Shown here one piece after another: positions 38,401 through 47,400 of a stretch of DNA of 55,137 bases. Location: positions 1 to 55,137 of the forward strand of contig JAZDKI010000002.1 of the NCBI GenBank assembly GCA_043803165.1, written 5' to 3'. The stretch comes from Candidatus Micrarchaeota archaeon. Lineage in GTDB: Archaea; Micrarchaeota; Micrarchaeia; Anstonellales; Bilamarchaeaceae. The notes under the pieces were generated by a model. It searched no databases. It was not told where the DNA came from and saw nothing but the letters and a program-made list of their open reading frames with translations. The position numbers and the translations under genes were made by a program. Position 1 is the first letter of the stretch. Each line of letters opens with the position of its first letter.

Positions 38401-41400
38401 CCTCGTGAAGCCTTTCGCATCTTTCGGTGTCCCCTTGGGAATGGTCTGGCGGTAGGCTTCTGTGATCGCTTCCAACCCGAGAAGCGCCCGCATCTCAATT
38501 ATCGAGGCATCTCCGAGCATCCTCGCGACCTTTTGGTCGATCGTGGATCTGACGAACAGCCCGTCTCTATCTAAAACCGCAAGCCTTCCAATCAGCGTCT
38601 TCTCGATTTTTTTCGCGCGCAAAGGATCCCTTATAGCGACGGTCGTCGCCTCCTGTATCGCCGCTTCGACAGACAGGCCCTGCCTCAGGTGCATCTCAAG
38701 GGCGCGTTCTAGCCGCGCCTGCTCTTCGGCCTTGGCTTTCAGCGACTCCACCGCGATTTTTTTCTGATTTGGGGAAAGCCGGGCATACAAGGGATCGCCA
38801 GTAAGTTCGCCCTTGAGGGCGTCCATATCTATAGCGCCGCCCTTCTGCGCGGAAGACGGCTTTGGCGCGCTCCCTTTCGGTGCCGGCGCGCCTTCGCTCG
38901 GGGGTTTTGGCCGGGTCGGTTCCTTCAAAGTCTGGGCTCCACCCTCAGGCCCTCTCGGAGCGGTCTGCGCCTGGGATAATGGTTTGGACACCGGTTTTCC
39001 GACCGCCGCTTCGGCGGCTCGGGCCGCTGCCGCAGGCTTCAACCCTGCGCTCGCCGGCTGGGGGGCTGCAGACGGTTCGACCCTCGCAGGAGCCGGCGGA
39101 GCCCCGGCGCCTCCTTTGCCGCTTTTCCACGCCTCCGCCCGAGCCTGCAGATCCGGCAGGTTGTCTATCACGAACTTCCTGAAGGCGCCTTCCATCTTGT
39201 TTGCGAAATCTTCGCCCTTGTCTTTGGTGACGCGCACGCGCAATGCCGTCACGACGTCCTCGAAATTGGTGAGCACGGTCCCCTTCTCTCCTCTGAAGTG
39301 CTCGTATCCCTTCCCGCCTCTTATCATGTCGATGATCCCGGCGGCTTTCAGCGTCTTGTAGCCTTCCTCCCCGAGGAACACCTTCATCTGCGCATCCGAG
39401 AGGTTCCCAATCACGTTTATCACGCGGTTGGCCATCTCGCAGAGCGCGGCGCGGTCGAAAGCGGTCGCCCTCGGGTCGCCGACCGGCCTGCGTTCGACCT
39501 CCATGTGGCCGTTGCCCACTTTGGCCAGCGCATCATACCCGGGGATCCTCTCGAGCTTGACGAGCTTCATCTTCTTGCTGACTTCCATCTTGATTCCCGC
39601 AGTCTTGAGGGCGAGATTGATGGATCTATCCAACGCATCATTGGCGGGATGCCGCAGGATCCCTTTGGAGTCTGTATAATAGAGGCTTGGGTCGGCGCCT
39701 TCGATCACGTATTTCATCGTGCCGAGCCTTCTCACGGTGAGGTCGGGGTTCCTTTCCACGAAATCCTTCACGCCTGCTTCGACCGTGTTAATCAGGCCAT
39801 TGGCCCCAGCATGGCCATAGTTGGTGTTCGCCGCCCTGAGCCCGGAATTATCATCTGCCGCTTCGGCATATCCCTTGCCAGCCTTGACTGCGACCCTTTC
39901 ATTCTCCTGGCGATTCTTTTCATCGGTGTGGGAGAGCCTTATCTCTATCCCAATGCCGTTGACCACTTCGTCCGGCTTGATCAGGGTCCTCTCATTCACT
40001 TCGTTGGATAATGCCACATTAGGGTCTTCCCCGTTTTTCACGCGCGCTTTGATGGCATCCACGAGCTTTTTCTCGTCAGCTGTCAATGGCGTTCCCTGGC
40101 GCTCCTTTTCCATGGCGGCTCTGGCTCTTCCCGCATTCGCCTCTTCGAGCCCCCTCTTCAGGTCCAGGCTCTCCTTGATATTTACCCTGGCCCTCATGCC
40201 CGGAGCCCATTCCGGATCGTCGCTCCGGCTGAGCGCCGGGCCGGACACCTCATGGCTCTCCTTGCCGTCGACCTTCCTCTTCACCTTGGCGTCGTAGAGG
40301 TCATTCCCCTTCACCCCTATCGCACGGACGCTGCCATCGGGCGCCTTCCTTATCCTGATCACATCGCTGACCGTCTCCCCGACAGCGACAATGAGGCGCG
40401 GATTATCCAGCATGGCCGCCGCCTTCTCGAGGGGCTTCCCCTTGCCAGCGAATTCTTTGAAGACCTGCTTCTCAGCTTCGCGCATCTTAGGGGACATCTC
40501 CCTGCGGACGCGCTCCCCCTCCCCTTTAGGAACCACGATCGCGACTATCACTTCGTCGCTTTTCGGGCCGACCCTCAGCATGACCGCTCCTTTCTTCCCT
40601 TTGACAGAATCGACAGCGACGCCGATGACCCTCATATAGGCCTCGATGGCCTTATCGCCCATCCCCATGCCGAACATGTAGTTGATGGCGTTCTGCTTGC
40701 GCTTGTCCACATTCAGGTAGACGACGTCCACCTCCTCCCCGGCCCGGTCCATGCTCTCCAGCCACGAATCCAGGCTCTTGAGGACAGCTCTCGAAGTGAC
40801 CGCTTCGCTCGTGCCCTTTATCACCTCGCCGCCGACCAGCCATTCCGCCTTCTCCTTGCTTGCCCTTCCCAGGTCTATTATCGCCCTTTCCACAGAGCCC
40901 TTGCCGAATTCGGACTGGTAAAAACCCTCGCGGTTTTTCCCGGCCACGCCCAGGGCGATCGCCATCTTCCCCTTCAGGTCGGCCTTCTGGAACTCGGGGG
41001 AATCCGCGAGCACCTTCGCCTCGGTTTTCACCCATTCCGGCACGTTATCAGGAATCGCCTTGCCAGATGCCAAATCCTGCCTGGTCCGCAGGAGCATCAC
41101 TGCTGCGGAATACACCTCGCGTGAATATGTCTCATCTGCCTTCAGGCTGGACTTGTAGCCCTTTTCGGCCTTTATCAGGCCCCAATTGGACAGCGTATCC
41201 TTCCCGGACGACGGGGCGCCATCGGCCTTGAAGCCCCTGCGTTTCGATGATTCGGCATACAGCTCGTCCGCGCCCTTGGCGTAGGCGGCAGATGTCGCAC
41301 GGAGCCTCGCGGCATTGCCTTCGTGCTTCTCAGCCTGCTCGGTCTTCTTGTGGGCTCTCATCCATCTGGCGATCGCATCCTCCTGTTTGGCCTTTAATGC

Positions 41401-44400
41401 GGAAGCCTCGCTCCTTCCTTGCATGTCTATGGCTGCCAGGTCCACATCCGCGGATGTGAGGCCTTTGGCCGCCTTTATCCTCTCGATGCCGTCGCGGACG
41501 CGCGTCGCCTCGACTGCTGGATTATTGTTGAACTCCTTCATGCCGGCCGTCTTTTCCAGGGCAATCTTGAGCTGGGCCTTCCGGTCGGCCCCGCCCGGCT
41601 TGTTGACCGCTTCCTGGAACTCCTTGGAAAGCGCCAGCTCCATCACTTTCTTCATGCGCTCGTTCGCGATCTCCGGCGGGCCCTGCCATCTCATCTCCCC
41701 CCTGGCTTCCGCGGCGGCAGCCTCAAGGGTCTTCCCGAGCGGCCTTTTCACGATCCGTTCAGCAAGGACCGCGACATCGGTCGCCACCCTGGCATGTCCC
41801 ACGTCGTATTCTACGGCCCGTTCCCCTTCTTTGACGATATAGACCTTGATGAGCGCCCCGTCCCTGCCCTTGACCATCTTCCCGTCAGGCCCGGCGAGCC
41901 CCTGCGCCTCAGGCTTGCCCACCATCGCCTCCCGCGCCTTCTCCGGAGGCTCGATCACGATCTCCTTCGCCCTCTTGGTGGCGAGCGCTTCCGCCGCCTC
42001 TCCGCTCTTGCCCTGCCCGCGGGCCCGGGCGTATGCCTGGCTCGGCGCATCAAGATGCTCTAAGGGCACATTGGCGTGCCTGGTGCCCTGGTAGCCGGCC
42101 TCATACGCCTCGCGCCGTAGCGCCTTAGCCCCTTCGCGCTCGCTATGCATATACTCCCCGAAGGTGGCTCCCCGGCCTTTCTCGGCCTTGTAAGCCGCAT
42201 AATCGCGGAGCACAGCGACCTCGGCCTCAGGCTTGGCGAAGGTTATCCTCTTCTCCGATACGAACTTGTGGTAATCCGCACGCTCGCCCGGAGCCATCCG
42301 CTCCACATGCTTCTGCCTCCGCGCCCAAGCGAGCGCTTCGGCGTTCTGCTGCCTATCCGGGAGCGGGGTGCCCATCAACGCGTTCGCAGCCTGGCGTATG
42401 GGCGAGATGTATTCGTGCGGACCGACAGTCCGCATCCCCCTCGTGGCGGCGCGCGCCTGCGCCCCGGGCATCGCGACGTTCATCAAGGCGCCATGGGCAA
42501 GGGCAGACCAGTTGCCCATCTTCACAAGCTCATGGGCATCGAGCGCGAACAGCGCCCCGCCGCCGATTATCTGGAGCATGCCTGCATAATGCACCAACGC
42601 CTCCACCCTGCTTGCATGCACCGGATTGACATAATGGAATAATCTCTGGCCCTTGGGCACGCTCCCTAGGACTTTGGCCGCCTCCTCCCTGGTGATCTGC
42701 CCGGCGGAAAGCTGGGCCTGCGTCATCTGCGCCCTCTGCAGGAGCAATCCCTGATCCTGGACGCTGGCTGAGGCGAACCTCCGCAGGGCATCGCCCTTCA
42801 TCCCGGTCCCTATGGCGCTTTGGATGGCGATGATCCGTTCAGCCCTCTGGCCCGCCGCGCCCCCGGCCTTCATCATGTTGAATATCTTCTGGCTCCTTGT
42901 CGCGAACTGCCCGGCCCACCCCACAAACGGCGTGACGACAGATGCCGCGCTGAGCGTCATGCCGGCGGCGTTCTTGAATGTCAGGACGCCCTCCCGTTCA
43001 TATTCCTGCATCCCGAGATAGACGCCTTCGGCGCCCATCGCGCCCCAGACGACAGGCGCGGCGTATCCTCCTGTGGCGACCGTCGCGACAGTAGCGACAG
43101 CGAATTTGACGACCTCCCTGAGCACTCCCGCATGCTGGTCTGCTTTCTCGTAGAGCTTCTTGTCTTTTCGGGCCTGCCCTTCCAGCACGGCGAGCTCCTT
43201 GAGTTTCTTTTCGGCGTCTTTGGGCCTATCCATCACCGCATCGACCGCAGCCTCCCTGGAAAGGAAGGCTATCCTGGAGGTGGTGTATATCAGCTTCTCT
43301 ATCGCGCCTGCGGACAGGTGCGAACTGTCTATCATGGAGTCTGATATGAGGTTCAGCGGGGTTCCGGTCATCTTGGCCATGAACAGGTTGCGGAGCTGGA
43401 TCATGGCTTTCGCGTATGTCGCCTCAGCTTTCTGGAACCTGGAGGCGTTGTCCTGCGACAAATCCCTCATCTCGCCGTACCCTCCCGGTTTATTTTCCGC
43501 GGGATTGACAGGATCCTTCACATATATGCCCATGCGCCAGAAATAGAACTTCACCGCGGCATCCTGCATCTCGCCCATCGCCTCGGGTCCGCTCAGCTTC
43601 TTTCCACCCATCTCCTCTTGCGCGCCTGCCAAGACGCCGGCGGCCGGAGACACGACCGCAGGTCCGTATTTTTTCACGCCGCTGATTATCTTGAATCCAA
43701 GGCCTTTCTTCCCGCTCACCGTCGCGGTCTCCGCGAAAGCGAAGTGCTCTCCGGCGGCCCTCCTCACCAAATCTTTCGCGAAATCAGCGGCGTACACCCG
43801 CCCTCCTTTCTCTCCCGTGCCATCCTTGCCCAGCACCTTCTGCAATTCCGAGCCTGATGCTTCCCTGCCGCCCATCATGCTCCTCAATGTCGGCAGGGTG
43901 ATGAAGGCGTTCCCGCTCAGCAGGGTATATCCTTTGGCCGCGTTCTCGGGAAGCATGATAGCGCCGATGAACTTCATGCCATCCAGGGTTATCTCACGGA
44001 AAGCATCGACCGAGTAGTGGTGGAATCCTTTCAGATCCCTCTTCCGGGCATACATGCTGAGCGTCTTTTCCTTGACGGCGTCGCCTGCCATGATGGTGAG
44101 CTGGGCCTGGAGCGAAGGCTTCACGACATCTTCCCAATGCATTATCGCGATATGCCTTGCCTGGCCTTCCCGCTTATTGCCCTCGAGCACGTTTTTCAAG
44201 GCAGTATCCAGGTGGTCCGGAGGGGGGATGTCCCTTTTCCTTCCCTCGCCCAAAGCATGGACGAAGTCGATAGCATCGCGTTTCACGCTCCGCAGATTCT
44301 CCCTGCACCTCTCGAAGCTTTTCCCGAGCGTCCGGAGCACGACTTCGGCAGCCTCGTTGGTCTCGTACCTGAACCCCCTCTGTTCAGGGTTCTCTTTCGG

Positions 44401-47400
44401 AGGCTCCTTATCGATGAGCTTGTCCCTGAGCCCGCTCTCGTTATCATATAGCTTCCATTCCTCGATGGTGGCCTCCCCCGCCTTCATGCGGTACCTCTCC
44501 ATCGTCATGGACCTCGCGAATTCCCGGCCGTAGCTATCCATGGCGGAGTCTGCTGCCTTGAAATCTCCGCTCCGGATAAGGCCCATCGCTGCAACAAGGC
44601 GCTTCCTGTTGTCGTCATAGTTGTAATACACGGGCTCGTTCTCTTGGACGAGTTTCATGACGCTGCGGCCATGGAAGTCCCTGGCCGAGGCTACCATGCT
44701 CAGGAAGATGTTCATGCCTTGCAGGTCTGACCTATTATTCGCAAACTCCTTCAGCCGCTTCTCATAATGCTCCCTTTCCGATGGATTGGCTATCGTCTGT
44801 ACCGCCAGGTCGGCCACCACCAGGGGATCATAGTGGTATTGTTCGTAGAACTGCCGGTTTCTTGATACCAGATCCATGTGCCCGAGCCGGTTCTCCACCA
44901 TAGCCTGGTCCACGCCCATCTCCCTCGACACCTGGCCTATGCGGTAGGCCGCGTAAGCGAACCTCTCCGAGTAAGCGGTATAAACTATCTTCTTGTAATC
45001 CTGGTGGCGGCCTATCGTGTTGTAGAACACCAAATCGTCTGTGTTGTGCCTCTGGTACGGGACCAGCTCCATCTCTTTGGTGGCCTGCACCGGTTCGTAG
45101 TATCTTACAGCCTGCCCTTGGAGGAGGAGCCTGATCACGTCATATAGGTTGGCGAGCCTCAGCGCCTTCTTGTCCGGATCCTTCTCGCCGATTATCCTGG
45201 CCAGCTCAGTGAAGTAATAGACCTTCCTGCTCATCCCGTCCTTGAAGATCGTAGGATCGTCCTTCAGGTGGCTAATCATCTTACTGATCAGGCCCGAGCT
45301 CCTCTCGAAGTTCTTCTCGCGGATCTCCTTCTTGGCGAGGTAGAGTAGCCTGTTCCTCTGGGCCGCGATGCCCTGCTGCAATGCGACCTCGCGCACCCCC
45401 GCCTGGGCGAGCCCGGTCGCATGTCCGGAAAGCGCCGCCGCGCGCTCCGCCGTTAAAGGTCCTGCCCCGGCGACGATCCTTCCGGAGAAATCCGTTACCT
45501 TGCCTTCTGCGACCGCCCCTTGGATGTCTATCGCCTCTTTGAGATTCAGCCTCCCCCGCTCCCTATTCAGGGTATCTATCTTCCTTATGCTCCTGCCATA
45601 AGCCTCCAGTCCGGTGATCATGGCCTTTGCCGAACCTATCATCCTTGTGGAACTCTCGAGCTCCCTCTGGATATGGAAGCGGAGCAGGTCGGAATGCAGG
45701 GTCCTTTGCGCTTTCTCATCGCCTTTGGCCTTCTCCAGCCTGGCATCCACGTTCCTCTTCCCGATCTCGTTGAGGCCTTCACGAAGCGCCTTTATCCTTT
45801 CCCCGACCTTGGTAAGTGCGAGCGATGCCGATTCCGAGAACTCCCTATTCAATTCCGCGAGGCGTCCCCTGCTCTCCATCCCCTTCGCGTGCAACGCCCT
45901 CGCTTTCGCGATGGATGAAAGCATGAAATCCGAGCTCGTGCCATCGCGTACGCGGAGGTAATATTCCCCAAGGACGCCGCCCTTCGCGCCTTCGGCGGCC
46001 TTGGCTAGCCGCGCCCTCTCCCGCTCGACATCCTTCGAGATCGCGGCGCGGTGCTTCTCGTTATAGCCTGAGAGCTTGGAGGCCCCGTTCTCGAAATCGA
46101 GCTTCTCCAATATGTTGTTCGCTTCCAGGACCTTGAAAGCCAGGCCGGAGAGGTTCTTCCAACCGGCCTGCGCGATCGGCTGGATTGTCTCGTCCATGGT
46201 CGGGGTCCTGCCGAGCGTTTTGGTGAGCGATGCGATCATGCCCTTGCGTTCGATATCGTCCACGATGCGTTCCGATAGGCTGATCCTCCCCGTTCCGCTG
46301 AGCAAGGCCGAAGCGAGCGGTGATGCGAGTTGGCCGCCCTTGGGCTCCAGCCTGTCCTTCCCCTCGGAGAATACGTCGATCAGCCTCTGCGGCCCGCGCA
46401 GCCAGGCGTATGTCCCGAACCTGGATTCAAGATACGCCATCGCCTCTTTCCGCTGCTTCTTCAGCTCCTCGGTCGGTATCTTCCTCTCGTCTACAGCCGC
46501 CAATTTCGCGTATGCGAAGGCGGCGCTGGCCACCACCCGCAGTTCATGCGGGTTCTCGACCCTCCGGGCCGCTATTATGGCGAGGTCGAAATAGGCCGAA
46601 GCGTTCTGTCTGTACTGCTTCGGGATCTGTGCGAGCAGCTTGGCCTTCTCATTATACAAGCTGATCTGGTTGAGGTCCTCCCGGGAAAGGACCGGCGAAC
46701 CTATCTTCCGGTTATTGTAGCCGTCGACGCAAATCTTGAATATCGCGACCTTGTCCTTGAGGTCGCTCACCCTCAGATACGCCTTCGCGGCGTCATTGAG
46801 CGCATTCGAATCCTGGAACCTGCCTTCCTGCGCCTCGGTCCTCGCGTCCCGGAGCATGCGCAAGGCCTCGAGCCTGGACGCGCGGTCGCCTTTGACGGAG
46901 GTTGCGGTCTCGCCGATCCGATGGAGCTGCTCGATCTTCGACCTCTCCTCCGCGAGGACGATCCTCGTCGCGGTCGCGAGCAGCACCTTATCCACCGCCT
47001 CTTTCTGGTCCTTGGTCAGGATGGGCGCCTCTTTCGCCTTGGCAGCCGCTTCCTTTGCCGGGGCTTCTGAAGGGGCCACAGGCTTCCTGCCTTGCTCAGG
47101 CGCTGCTTGGATATACGCCCCTTTGACCGCAGGCCTTTCCACCGGCTTCTCGATTATCTGGGCCTGCCGATAGATCTGGCCCCTGAACGCAGAATCCGCA
47201 TCCATATACCTATTGAGGAGGGCGACCTTTGCCTGGACATCCTCTTGCGATACCGTGGTCCCGGTGCTGGCGAGCCGCGCCCTCCGGATCTCCAGCTCTG
47301 AAGCGATCTCCCGGACCATCCCGGCAGCTTCCGGCCGCCCGCGCATCCCGCCAGCGGATTTCCGCAAAGCGTTCGCCCTGTTGTGGATGTCCAGATACTG

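Noticed and set aside
39550-40800. Cas10 / type III CRISPR interpretation of the tandem palm-like domains
   Set aside because: No HD domain, zinc finger or GGDD motif, and no Csm/Cmr genes nearby. The motifs fit the GGDEF pattern better.
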